Notes: a model not told the origin generated them from the sequence alone. A stretch of DNA of 63,726 nt, filler included, from Lenisia limosa (GCA_001655205.1; 9 parts of 9 records of this genome joined end to end with filler, not necessarily neighbours in it); one strand, 5' to 3'. Shown: positions 13,109 to 25,990, counted from the first letter of the whole stretch. Numbers and translations are program-made.

Positions 13109-13232
13109 TTTAGAAATGAAGGGCCTTAGAAGACACAACTACGAACTTTTAACGCTAACTGTCCAACCAATGATAAGAAACTTGAAGCCAAAAGTACTAA
13201 TACAGTAGTGTGATTAAGATGATAACAAAAAG

Positions 13233-14264
13233 ATGAAGATAATGACAAAAACTGAGCAAAATAGTTGCGTGTAACCCGCCAAATAATATATCGACAGTCG
13301 AAAAATAAAAACCAAGATTTATTAAGTATCTAACGTACAATAATGAAATTACTTAAGCTAATATTATTCTACATATCAATATACATCTTGCTATCGGAAG
13401 CAAATGCCATTAACTACAAAAAGACTCGAGGTTTGTTTTCTGTGATTCTTCACTAAATTCAAACAGAGCTCAGAGGACTCTCTAAGATTGTATTTACAGC
13501 TCAGCCTCCGTATCATCTTGTTTGGAAAATAGAGTATGAGGGAATGGCGTCTAGACAGTGATTTCCGTATATGTTATCAACCTCTTTCCTCACCTTTCTT
13601 CACAGAAGTCTTCCTGATGAGCGATTTAATCAAACACAGGTTTGTACACCAAAGGATTTCTTCTACTTCTCCTAATACCGCTGAATCCTGCACATCTTTT
13701 TTTGGGTTGATCTTTGTTAGGCGGGTCTTGTATCGGTGTATTTGATGGACGCTTCAAATTGGTATCAAAAACTGCAAGGACAAAAATCAACCGCTATGGG
13801 GTAAGAAGAAGGCTGATGTTTATGAATTTTCAGTAAAGGAAGCAGAATCAATTTCGTGAAAGAGGAAGTTGATGTTATGATAAATGAGAACGGGTTTGTT
13901 TTGTTACTATTTGAAATTACACTACAGAGGGGCAAACTATCTATTCATTCAAAATATGGGAGAAGAGCCAATAATTGTTGACTATGACATCACATTTGCT
14001 TGGATGCCAACTTTTCGTAAGTGAAATGATATCTCACTTTCAAGTTGAAATTGCAATGTTTGCTATTATCGTAGCAATGATTATTATCATTGTGATAATC
14101 ATCGCAATGCAATGTTACAAAGAAGTAAAGGTGGGTTTTGTTTTGAGTTTACAATGTAGCGAGTGGACCCAGATGAGGAGGTTAGGCGAAATCAGGAGGC
14201 AGAACGGAGTGAATTGCTCTGTTTGACCAACATGGCTGATGAAGGTGATGCTACTGGCTTCTAA
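13233..14264 (+). CDS. Hypothetical protein (multi-exon)
   Basis: Consistent exons with GT/AG borders (ELRGLSKIVFTAQPPYHLVWKIEY; AGLVSVYLMDASNWYQKL; GANYLFIQNMGEEPIIVDYDITF; RVDPDEEVRRNQEAERSELL..GF*). No family recognised. Confidence 0.5.
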
Positions 14265-14429
14265 CCTGCAAATGTACAACTTGACAAAATTCAACAACAT
14301 TCATTAAATAGACTCCAGAAAAACATAATTTCTGACAAGACAAACCATAATACCCAAAGAGTTCAGTTCATTCCTTACCTCATTCTAAAAAAAACGATTA
14401 TGACAGGAGCTCAGCTCACCTCAAACCCT

Positions 14430-16990
14430 TCAATCAGCGTAGTCTTTAATGAGCTTGAAGACAACAAAAAAGGCAGCGATGAAGTGAAGCAGTATTACAA
14501 GAATTAATATTTCAGTCTGAACGGTGAAACGATGTCATATCTTTACCTTCAATGGAGCATGACAGGCTATTTCTTTCTGAATTGGTTGCCTCAATAACTC
14601 ATCACAGTACCACTCACATCTAAGAGTCATAAAATGTAGTCATCACTTATCGATAATTGCGAGAAAACAAAAAGTCCTCATACACAGGCTCATGTCCGGT
14701 TGTCCAACTCTCCTGTCCTGTTGGCATGAGCTGAACCGGAACCGGGGCGACCCGAATATGTTCGGTGTGCTCAAGGCCCTTTCGAACATCCTGAGTTGAG
14801 ACACGACCTTGGATTCCCGGTTTGCCATGGGCGACTATCAAGTCAGTTGCGTTCCATTTATGGCTTTTATGAGACTGAATCACAATATCATATAATAATA
14901 ATAATATACTAATATATCATACGATATCAGATACTATATTGCAATGAGAAAAAAAATAAAATAAGGTTGTTATGGCCATACATATCATATGATACGCATA
15001 TTCCACCAAATTTGAGACTGATTATTGTGTTTACAAACCTGGGGTATTCCTGTTTTTGAACTGTCGAGTTTTCAGGTGAGCGTATTGAAGTCGTTGAGAG
15101 AGGTACGAAACCTGCTATCCTTAATACAGATCAAACTGGCTGCAAGTCATAAACATAGCCATTATGAACCTATTTAACCACCACCCCACACCCCAACGCA
15201 ATATATACCTCGTCAGGGTTATTGTCCTCCCAATCAAGCCATTTATTCCGCATGTCTTGATCGATACTTCGCTGCTCAACTTCTTCTCTGCTCCATTCAT
15301 CCTGTTTAATAGTAAATCTAAGCTGAAAAATCTTGTCCAAACGGAAATGCCTAAATAAAATTGGATACGACTATCTCACTTACTGAGCCATCACAACAGT
15401 CACAAATGCCATCATTGACCCTAGAGGTTGGGATTGCCACGTCACTGGCGCGACAGTGAAACTAATGGGGATAATTTCAACAAAGGTTGAACGTTGATAA
15501 GTATGACAGAGTATTCTAAACTGTTGGTGACCTAAGCAACAAGGTAAAATATAGCACGATTCTAAAAGTGTAGAGAAGAGGGTGTTGCAAAGCATGAATA
15601 AAAAAAACGAAATGTTGAACAAGTTGCAATGTGATTCTTTTAAAACTATTGACTTCGTAGAGACACCAGTACCCCATCCTTTGTATTATTCCCTTCAATC
15701 ATCATTCCCCGTAATAAAAGAGCATCCCAATCCACCTCCTTATCAACACACGCTGAAGTACCAGGCTCATCGATACCTATTTAGGTTAGAACTGCAACCG
15801 TTCATCTGGGTTAGTCGTTTGCACAAAAGAGAACCCAATTACATAGTAAGCTTGAATTAAAGATACAGGAAACTTAATAGCGCAATCCACATCTATGATC
15901 CTCCAACCACTGAGGGGACAGTCACAATAGTCATCGTTGAGGGCTGAGATAGGCAATACTTTACCATCGCATTCAAATTCGTTTTCTTGAACTATGCAGT
16001 AAGCAGAAGAAAAATGTCATCATAGCTGTCAATAATCACAATATCCATTGTAAGCATAATAAAGTTAAATGCTTCAGCAAGATACAACCTATTCCCTTAT
16101 TTTAAACTGATGAAATACATAAGGAGGATGGAAGGGCAAGTTCTAACAGGAGAGCAAAAGGAACCTCATGACGTACATCAAACCGATAATATTAGTCTAA
16201 GTAAGAGAAGTAATTCAAACACCACATACTGAATCCAAGATAAGCATCCCATTTGCTGGATGGCACACCATGAAGACAATGAAGGCAAGGTGCCGTTGGG
16301 AGGTGATATAAGCTGCATAATGAAATGGAGAATAGCCCAGGAAAATGTTGTAATATGATAAATTAAAGCAACACTATAAAACCAATCAATCACCCACTGC
16401 GAAAGAAAAGGTCTGGCGTTGTGATCTGCGTCTTGCATAACAGACTTCGGCAGACACGTGAAATGAGTGATCAACCATGACACACCAAACAAGGAAAATG
16501 TGAAAAGGAAGAGCAACACAATCATTCCGAACCATGACAGTAAGCTCCACTTAATAAGTGTTGTAAACGACGAGAATATGAACTGAATGACCGACACACA
16601 GCCATCAATGGGCCCGGATCGCGCTTTCCAAACTGTCCTTAAGGGTGAGCTGAAGCTGAACAATTCCTCAAAAAAAGCACAATCAGTAACATTTCCAACT
16701 CACATTATCTTTCTTAAAGTCCTCATTATAATAAAGTCCAGTGAGACTGGGTTTGAACACATGAGACCGTCACTCATTATTGCTGTGAAGTGATAAGCCT
16801 CCTGTGATAAGTTGACAGTTTTATAGAGTGTTCGCTATCCTCCTCCTTGTCTTTTATTTTCTTTCCTTTTTCTTTATTTGGTTACTATTTGATTACTGTT
16901 TTCTTATTTTCAATTGAAAGAGGATAGAAGAGGCAAAAAAGGCATAAAAGATAGTAAAATCCATGAATTGATTTGCTTTTATGCTAGGTT
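14430..16990 (-). CDS. Protein with glucosidase II beta (PRKCSH-like) Cys-rich domain, probably membrane-anchored
   Basis: FECDGKVLPISALNDDYCDC..GIDEPGTSAC..FHCRASDVAIPTSRVNDGICDCCDGS|DEW is the PRKCSH-like signature. A downstream exon FLVILLHFIAAFFVVFKLIKDYAD* is TM-like. Both gene ends uncertain. Confidence 0.62.
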
Positions 16991-17106
16991 TTTGCTTCTT
17001 TCTTCTCCTCTCTCGTCACTTCGGCTTGGATTCTGAGAGAATAATTATGTTGAAAAAAATAGCCGAGTAATTTTATTGTTTCCCCCGCAGCTTACCCACT
17101 CATCCA

Positions 17107-18890
17107 ATGGGAGGAGTGGAAGGGGTGAAAGGAGTCTGCAACAGGTGTTGCGCTCAGAAGACCTACCACTGTAACGCCTTTTTAAATGCATCAGTCATTG
17201 GGCATGAAGAGTATAAGGGAGGATATATGCTATGAAGGGGAACTTTTGACTCAAGACCGGTGACATTTCAGATGCCTTGCTGCTCTGATGAACAATGGCT
17301 GGAGCTTAGTCTCGGAATCGATCCTGGTGGGTTCGGAAATCTTGAAGATAATATGAAAGTTTTCATTAAGGTCAGATTTGGGACAGATACGGTATTAAGT
17401 AATATATTCTTTTTTTTTTTTGATTTGATACCTAGTCACTTACCTGGCAGGATGATCCGCCGCTGCATGCAGCAACTATCCATGGTAGTGTAGACGCAAT
17501 GAGAACGTTAGTCAAACTAGGAGCAGATGTTGATGCTATTGATATGGATGTAAGATGGTTGTAGGCTAATTTGTTGGAAGATAACCATGTTACTCTGGTG
17601 TGTATACTGCATCTTATCGTTCTCAGAGCTGCAGATGAAATAAGGGGAATTTTATTGGGCGTTGTCAGAGCTACAGATGAAATAATGGGAATTTTATTGG
17701 GCTTTCTTATTTTTCAATTTCAAAAACATGGTCACAGTCATGTTACAGGCTCGCCTGTATGATATTATGTTACATTTGTTCCCCAGGGTGAAACCGCTCT
17801 CCATCATGCAATCATTGCGGGTGACTTGGCGAAAGTGAAGCTCCTCATTGAAGAGGGCTGTGATATCGATAAAGGCTCTGAGGTTGGTATTACTACTGCC
17901 AACTTAACCACCTAGTTTTCAAATCCTCTGATTGATTCCTATTCTTGTGAAGACATTTTCGAGACTCTAATTAAGCACGATGTAAATATCAACAGGTTTA
18001 GACAGGTATAACTCGTTACATGAACTGCTGTTCATGTTTCAGTGTATCACCCCTCTTCATGTGGCAGCCTCGAAAGGCTATACCAGGCCAGTGACGCGAC
18101 TTTTGGAGGAGGGTGCAGCTGTTGATGCCCAGAACTTGAGGGTTTGCACACTGTTTGATAAAATAAATAATTTGTGGTATTATTCCGAACTCCTGAAGAG
18201 GAGGATTTCGACAGTTTGCCGGTTTTCAAATTTCATTTGTTAAATAATGTCATAATTTTGAAAATTGACACTTCACTTTTCAGCTGAGAAAGATATAATG
18301 ATATTTTCAGAAAAACTTATAAAATGATTTGAAAATTGACAATGTTTAATAGAAGCATGTTTTGATTTTGATCCAATTAGGAAGAAACGCCTCTCCACCT
18401 TGCTTGTGTGAATAAACAACACAAAGTTGTGGAGATCTTATTGAAGCACGGTTCCGACACCACAATAAAAGACAAACATGTAGGGGAAAACAAATCTTAT
18501 TTTAAAGGGCTCTACTGCTGTGACTCTAGCTTGGGGAGGAATGGACATTACAAGTTGTGATCTTTTGCTGGCAAATGGGGCTGACCCCGGAAACCTGACA
18601 GAAATGTTTCTTCAAAAAGTGGGTGGTGAAGTTGCTGATACATATATCATATATAGCTATATATGATATATGATATCTGTTTTTCTTTTTATTTAAAAGG
18701 GATACCTTGAGCGCTTCAGTACGAACCGACAACTACCAGATGCAGTATTACAATTAATTGTGAGTTCCCAAGAATCGCATGCTCAACGCTTAAATGATTG
18801 TCACTCTTTTTAGAACAGTCAATTCGGTACACCAGGTTACCGATTAATCCCTTTTACAGCAGTTTTATTAGATTATTACCCAAGACCTGA
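17107..18890 (+). CDS. Ankyrin repeat protein
   Basis: DPPLHAATIHGSVDAMRTLVKLGADVD; GETALHHAIIAGDLAKVKLLIEEGCDID; ITPLHVAASKGYTRPVTRLLEEGAAVD; ETPLHLACVNKQHKVVEILLKHGSD. Confidence 0.87.
17624..17704. repeat. 42-bp tandem duplication in an ankyrin-gene intron
   Basis: CAGAGCT(G/A)CAGATGAAATAA(G/T)GGGAATTTTATTGGGC twice. Confidence 0.9.
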
Positions 18891-18973
18891 AAATGCATCT
18901 TCTTAGACCCTCCCCCCTCCCCCCCTCCCGCGTCTCCGAATGACCATCTAGCGATAATACATCTACAACCAAT

Positions 18974-21194
18974 TTATTCAGCCTTGTCCTCCTTGTCGTC
19001 CTTGTCCTGAGCGAAACTCATGCCGTCACGGGCGGGTCTGCGCTGTCTGCGGCCGCCCACACGGCGTGGCCCATCCTCGGGGATGACAACCTAGGGTCAC
19101 GTTAATGGGAGGTTATAATCACAAAAACGTATCCAACATCGTCTCAAGACACTAGGGGAATAAAGAGTATGATTGACAAACCTCTCCGGTCTCGGTGGGC
19201 GGAGGAAGGGAAGTGTGGGGGTCAGTGGGAGGGAAAGAGGTCACGTCAACAAGTCCACACTTCAAGGCCTTGACCGAAGATGCGTGGCAAGGGTGCTGCA
19301 AGGCGATCAACGTAGGGCTTCTGCAAGGACTGTTTGCAAACAAAAATGTCCCCATATTTCTCAACAAATTTACTGGTTCTTCTGCACTGTACCCATCATA
19401 AGTACAAACCTCGTATTCGACGATATGACTGTCAATATCCCATCCGCGCTCGAGAAGATAATCGGCAGCAAGAGCGCCAACGTAGGCATCCAATGCTACG
19501 GAAGTGAATAACAATTATGAATCTCAAAGTACTAACGTAGAGAAACAGCAAACACGCAAATGCAAAATAAAATTTCAAATAAAAAGTGCAAAACATGTCC
19601 TTCATACCAGCGTAGTACCTCATGCCCATTGAGAGAGGTCTAGAGTTCCAGTTAGCCAGCTGATAGCCCTTGGAGATCTTCACGCCAAAGAGACAGTTGG
19701 ACTGGAAGTAAGAAACAGTCACAACTGCGACCGAATACCACAGTGTTTGCTTACGATATCACTGAGGCCAAGGTTGTTGTTGTTGCCTTCTTGGAGAGTT
19801 TCAATGGGAACTGCCGATGGTCCTTCTCCGTCCTCTTCTTTACTGAAGGGTGAAATGAGCACTTTTTCTCATTTAATCCGGACAATGGGAACAGCAACAT
19901 TTTTCAAAGACTCACGCCACCAACATGATAACAGGTCGGCGGCTGGCACGGGGGAAAATGTCGGTGGGAACGCTGGCCAAATCGACAAGACGGAAGTTGG
20001 GAAGGTCGATTTCCTAAGACTGTCAAGTCCAATCTGGTAACGATATCCAAAGACAGAACAGCCGATCACAACCACTTGGAACATATTATATCAATGTTTT
20101 ATCATGTTCTCAGCAAACTTTCATGTCCTCAGTGTTTGTAGAAACTCCGCATTTGGGGATACAATGGCAGGTGGCAGCCTGAGCAGGTAAAACATACATC
20201 CATGAGAGATGAAAGTAGAGGTGGAATGCTATTATGACCTTTTAGAAGTGAGTACCCCCCCCCCCACTGTGCAGAGATCTTCAACCTTTTGTCCCTCGCC
20301 AAGGAAAGAGCGGTTCAGGATGATGTCGTTAGTGAGACGCGCAATATCGTACTTGACGCCGAGGCCAACAAAGGCCACGCCGTTGTCATGCAGCTCAACA
20401 AGGGCCTCGAGAACATCCTGAAAAATAACGCCGGCAGATCAACATCCTGAAAGATAAAGCCCGCAGATAAACCAGCTGGAATTCCGTACAAAAATGCCGA
20501 TACACAAATATTAGCCTCCCTTACAGCAGGCTTGAGGATGAGAAGATCCCAGACACAGGCGTAGAGGGGAGAGGAGAACTGGGCTGTTGAGACGCAGTTC
20601 AGCTGACCTAAGGCAATCAGTCAAAGCAGGCCGAGGAAAGCAGAAGCAAACGGCATTTGCCAGGATATTTTCCCCACCAGGAATAGTTTCCATGAGCCAT
20701 TCCACATCAAGACCGAGGAATTGCGGACATAAGTCAAGAAGACGCTGGAAGTGTCAGGATTTCACTCAATCCTCAAATATTCATTTGTCCGCCTTTCATC
20801 AACAAACCTCAACGGATTGCTTGAGGGCCTCAGGGGTAGAGATAAGCTCAAGATCTTCGTTCTCGAGAGGAAGTGTGAAGAAAGGTTCGCAGTCCAAACG
20901 GTCACCTGGCCGTTAAATAGGCATGCGAACAACAATAAAGCGAGGGACATGTAGATGCGACCAAAGAAAAATGAGAAAGGCCCATCACACCGTGACGGAA
21001 GTTAACACCCTTGACAATGATGTTGATGTCCTTGCCCTTTGACTAATCGGGTCAATGGTAGAGGAAGAGAGGTGTGTTGGTCGGAGGTACAGAAAATCTG
21101 GTCTGGTAAAGGAAGGGGGAAGAGAGAATCCAGGCCTACAAGAGAACCGTCCTCGTTCTGAACCAAGAGGCCCTTCATAGACTCGTGCTCAGCC
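18974..21194 (-). CDS. DEDDy 3'-5' exonuclease, WRN-exo/EXD2-like; 5' truncated at spacer
   Basis: ExoI FLGLDVEW, ExoII region LVELHDNGVAFVGLGVKYDIARL, ExoIII QLANWNSRPLSMGMR.Y.ALDAY. Ends ..DKEDKAE*. Confidence 0.82.
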
Positions 21195-21294
21195 NNNNNN
21201 NNNNNNNNNNNNNNNNNNNNNNNNNNNNNNNNNNNNNNTTAATTAATTAANNNNNNNNNNNNNNNNNNNNNNNNNNNNNNNNNNNNNNNNNNNN
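21195..21294. other. Artificial contig-joining spacer (N44-TTAATTAATTAA-N44); also near 28981, 40304, 45874, 48102, 50506, 60580, 62517
   Basis: Identical 12-mer with stops in all frames centred in N runs, eight times. Confidence 0.95.
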
Positions 21295-21324
21295 TTTTTT
21301 AAAAAAAAATCCCTTTCATCCCCT

Positions 21325-22141
21325 AGGAGAAAACACGGCTAACTCAAAGCCGCAACCAAAGCCCGCCAAAAGGGAGGCTCTTCCGGATGCTGACTACTAT
21401 CAAATGAGCGAACGAACAAAAGTGGGGGGTACGTTTGTTTTATTTATTATCACTACATACGACCCTTGTTCTCTACTTGTTTAATTTCTTATTACTGCAA
21501 CACCTTCTTTGGTTTCATTTCCCACACACACAACCTTTATTCCCATCAACAATTTATTATCATCACGACACACGCAACCTTCTCACGCCATTAGCGCCAG
21601 CGCTCAGCCATTGTGAGCGCGGACGACACGCTAGAAGGCCGTTTATCAAAGAAAAAGAAGGCCGGCGCGGCTGAAGGCGGCATTTCTGGCTTCATCTCGA
21701 GATGGCTCTGGTAGATCGCTGAGATCGTTTCGGATCACTTCACTTCTGTTTCATCCCCCCCCCCCTCCATGTTTTTCTGTTTCTTTTTTTTAATGCAGTT
21801 CAACAACTGTTCTCACTAAAACGCTTTTCAAAGTTCTCCGGTGTAATTGGCATGGTTTTCTTTACTGAAAGTTAAGGATCAGGGATTCCACTACTATAAG
21901 ATAGTCCGCTCGCAAGTTGACACTACGGCGCATAGACTTGGGTTTCTTGTGGAAACGTTGGGATTCCCATATTTTACATGGGAATTCCGTGAAATTTTAT
22001 GGAAATTTGAATAAATTTATGGGATTCCCAAATAATACAAGGGAATTCCTAGTCCATGTGGCGTGGTGATAGCCGTAGTTTTATTAGGGTATCTTCAGGT
22101 CCTCTCCCGTACTCCTTTTTGTAATGTCATGGACCACCTGA
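21325..22141 (+). CDS. Hypothetical small protein, 5' truncated
   Basis: Exon-like blocks (KPQPKPAKREALPDADYYQMSERTK; SAIVSADDTLEGRLSKKKKAGAAEGGISGFISRWLW; SSTTVLTKTLFKVLR) with splice signals. Confidence 0.4.
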
Positions 22142-22449
22142 GTATTCCGTTACTCTCAATCTCAGAACCTCCGAACTTATCCCCCTTTATCCCCTTCCCG
22201 CTGCAAAATGAAAAAAAAAAAAAAAAAACTCTGGCTCGGAAACAAAAGAGTGAAAACAACCTTTCAAACACAGTGTCTCTAATCAAGCACGTCATAGCAC
22301 CAAGATTTTGTTATGGACGAGTCTCAATGATACTCTGTACTCGGAATGACCCGTCGTGATAATCATCATTTCGACTCGAAACTCGGTTATATGATTTATC
22401 ATCACTAGTGGATATGGGTCGACAGGAGTCGTGATGGGTCAAATATCAA

Positions 22450-25400
22450 TAAACCAAGAATTATCCTGAAATTACATCAACATCATCAAGCATTTTAGCG
22501 TGCAAAGAAAGGGCGTCATCGGTCACTTCTAAGTTGCCCTGGTGCTGCGTCCCCCCAGATGTCTAATAATATAAGTGATATTGTCAGATATTTGAAAAAT
22601 GAGAGACATTTGAGAATTCCCTCTTGGGTTTCGAAAAAAGACTGAATTTCTCATTAAATCCTCGAAAACTAGCGATATTTTACCGGTCTTTTTCAACCGA
22701 AGTGAAGCCCTAACAGATATTTAAGGGGGGGGGGGGACTATTTGTGTGGTCTGAGTTTATTCTGTATTACTTTTGAGAATTAATTGTTAATTGGGGGTTC
22801 CCCCAGGAGTCTCAAGAATAAAAGAGAATTCAAATAAACACTCCCCTTTAGGGCTTTAGAAAGACCCCCTTCTCTCTTCATGCTGAAAAGATCCCCTGTA
22901 TAAAAGAATCCACCCCCCACCCCCGGATCCCCACTTTTTGGGCTTTTGAAAAGAATTCGGAGATCATCCAGTCTTTGAAGGGCCTTCTCATTCGTGGTGA
23001 AACCTACGGGGATTAAAAAGAGAATAGTTAAAGGGGATATGGAGAGATTAAAAAGTGGCTCGTATGATATACAGTCACCCNNNNNNNNNNNNNNNNNNNN
23101 NNNNNNNNNNNNNNNNNNNNNNNNNNNNNNNNNNNNNNNNAGCCTTGTCGAACTAAAAATGTCAGAAACAATGTAGCAGTGTTGTTTTAGTAAGGAACCT
23201 ATAATGGAAGGTCTTGTTTCCTCCATTAGAGTAGAGCTTCACTTTCGGTTCCAAAACACTGATAAAATAACAATATTTATTGAAAATTTATCGATGCAGT
23301 TTATTTGGAACTGAAAGTGAATAAATCAATTTAAAAAATAGAAGTGATGCATCATATTTCGAAAAGCAATGAGAAATAAAAAACTGGGTTGTATCTGGCC
23401 AAAGCCATCCACACCATCACGCTTACTATAGAGATATTGGATTATAGTATAATATTAATTCACCCAATCATTTGCCTTACACCTCTGTGCACGCAGCTTT
23501 CTGCGTGCCTCCCCAGCATACTAGAAATATTTTACCACTTTAACATCTTACCAGCTTGGAAACAGGGGCATCTTTGCTACCTCCGTCGGTATTTCGAATA
23601 ACCGAAACCATGTGGTGCGTATACCTAATAAGAAAGGACGAATAAGGTTTGTGGGGTGCAATAAAACAGTATTATTTATAAATTAAAACACTACAACTAC
23701 ATAAACCGATCTACTAGTGATATATTATCGTTCAAAATATACCCCAACCTATCAATCAGGGACTGGCCGATTCTTCCATCATGGTTGTACTAAAAACAAT
23801 GAAACTTTATTGTTGGAAATGTTGGACAAAAAAATGTTTTATTAAAGTGGTTGGACAAACAAAAGCGAGTTTTCATCCCCCCCCCCNNNNNNNNNNNNNN
23901 NNNNNNNNNNNNNNNNNNNNNNNNNNNNNNNNNNNNNNNNNNNNNNNNNNNNNNNNNNNNNNNNNNNNNNNNNNNNNNNNNNNNNNNNNNNNNNNNNNNN
24001 NNNNNNNNNNNNNNNNNNNNNNNNNNNNNNNNNNNNNNNNNNNNNNNNNNNNNNNNNNNNNNNNNNNNNNNNNNNNNNNNNNNNNNNNNNNNNNNNNNNN
24101 NNNNNNNNNTATGGGTCATCAATCATAGCCTACCGTTTTTGTCGATACATTTGCCAGAGAGCGGAGTTCAGATCATAGGAGGTCATCTTAATTGTGAACA
24201 AACGATGTTGTGTGTAATGCTTGGGAATTTCATGGTACAAAAGTAGCATATACTAACTCCAAGGTATCAAAGACATGCTATGCTGTTAATGAACAAGAAA
24301 TACGTTAAAACCACAAGTGAATACATAGGATTCCCGCAAAAATATTATATTAGAGATGAGCAATAAAACAAGGAATCTCAATATTTTTCATAATAATCCC
24401 AAGTCAATGTAACAGACTGAACATCTTAGGATTCCAAGATCCTCTCTCTATATATAGTATATGGTAATTGATGCCCGAGATGGCCAACCTCGTTGACATC
24501 CTGGAATTTGAGAAATTCGTCCCCCCCATGTCCGGTGAGGTATATGAAAAGGTTGGCGTCAGCGTCGGATATAACGCGCTTTGTACGCGGAACGGAGGGG
24601 TGGTGGCGCCCTGGGATATATTAAAATCTACAATATATGATATTATATAGGTTGGTGTTTAAAACCGCCAATATGATTAAAACCGCAAACAAGCCAAAAA
24701 TCGTGAAAAATCCCTTCAATAGCACCCTTTTTAGTGGGAAAAACGACCGTTTCGAGCACAGGATCATCAATAACATCAAAAGAAATCAATTTCAACCAAG
24801 AGAAGACAAAAAAAGAGAATAAACAATTTATAAAAATTATATATTATAATATTTATTCACCCAGTCATTTGCCTTATAACTCAGTGCACATAGCTTTCTG
24901 CGTGCCACCCCAGCATACCGTGTAATAGTGATAGAAAGTTTTCCACGGAAACCTCTTCTCCCCTACATTATGAGGGAACTCAGAACACTGTGATACTCTA
25001 ATTTTCAACAGAAAAGTTTAATATACATATCGATCATATACTATCGATATTTCCCGAACCGAAGTGAAGCCCAAGTCACACCTGTAGTCCACCTCCACGT
25101 TCGGACTATAAATGTCCGGGGTAATCAGGTCTTCACCTGGGGGAGACATATACATACCTAAATCCGTAAATATGTTACGGGGGTGGAGTAAAACGAATGA
25201 AATTTCGACGAAGAATAATCGCGTAACCCCCCACTAGCAGGAAATATATTCCTGGGGTTGCAGCTGAAGTCGTCAGCAAGCATCAGAATAATATTGCTGT
25301 CCGGAATTCCAAGGCGCTTCACCTCGCGGTATACTGCCAACCTGGGGGGGGGGGGAGTAAAACGNNNNNNNNNNNNNNNNNNNNNNNNNNNNNNNNNNNN

Positions 25401-25990
25401 NNNNNNNNNNNNNNNNNNNNNNNNNNNNNNNNNNNNNNNNNNNNNNNNNNNNNNNNNNNNNNNNNNNNNNNNNNNNNNNNNNNNNNNNNNNNNNNNNNNN
25501 NNNNNNNNNNNNNNNNNNNNNNNNNNNNNNNNNNNNNNNNNNNNNNNNNNNNNNNNNNNNNNNNNNNNNNNNNNNNNNNNNNNNNNNNNNNNNTGCACCG
25601 CATCCCATATGGGGGTTGTGGGTTGGAATATATGATATAGTATTATACCGATTCACCCAATCGTTTTTCGATTTACAACTCTGTGTACACAGCTTTCTGT
25701 GTGCCTCACTATTACCCTTTCAGATCCCTAATACGCATTGGCATTGTGCCGATAGTTGTAGTAGTATCGTGAAGCGCCAACCTAAGGGGGTGAAAAATAA
25801 CCCACAAATACAAAATATCAAGTTTACCCCCCCCCCCCCNNNNNNNNNNNNNNNNNNNNNNNNNNNNNNNNNNNNNNNNNNNNNNNNNNNNNNNNNNNNN
25901 NNNNNNNNNNNNNNNNNNNNNNNNNNNNNNNNNNNNNNNNNNNNNNNNNNNNNNNNNNNNNNNNNNNNNNNNGAAACATTGGGCCTCGGG
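22450..25990 (-). CDS. PIGK: GPI-anchor transamidase catalytic subunit (peptidase C13)
   Basis: [15 protein letters not shown]; [31 protein letters not shown]; VEVDYR|[10 protein letters not shown]; [28 protein letters not shown]; [15 protein letters not shown]; [12 protein letters not shown]|YT. Both ends approximate. Confidence 0.93.
22610..22712. mobile_element. MITE-A copy, reverse internal orientation
   Basis: Right TIR intact; flanks AGAGACAT / ACAGATAT. Confidence 0.8.
23365..23524 (-). repeat. Repeat family B, in PIGK intron (further partial copies at 24843-24918 and 25628-25710)
   Basis: Perfect hairpin GCACGCAG-AAAG-CTGCGTGC on the minus strand. Confidence 0.9.
25030..25074. mobile_element. 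MITE-A fragment
   Basis: CTATCGATATTTCCCGAACCGAAGTGAAGCCCAA. Confidence 0.7.

Noticed and set aside
21239-21250. TTAATTAATTAA recurring eight times inside N runs
   Set aside because: Synthetic all-frame-stop linker used to concatenate contigs; not biological, and gene neighbourhoods across it are meaningless.
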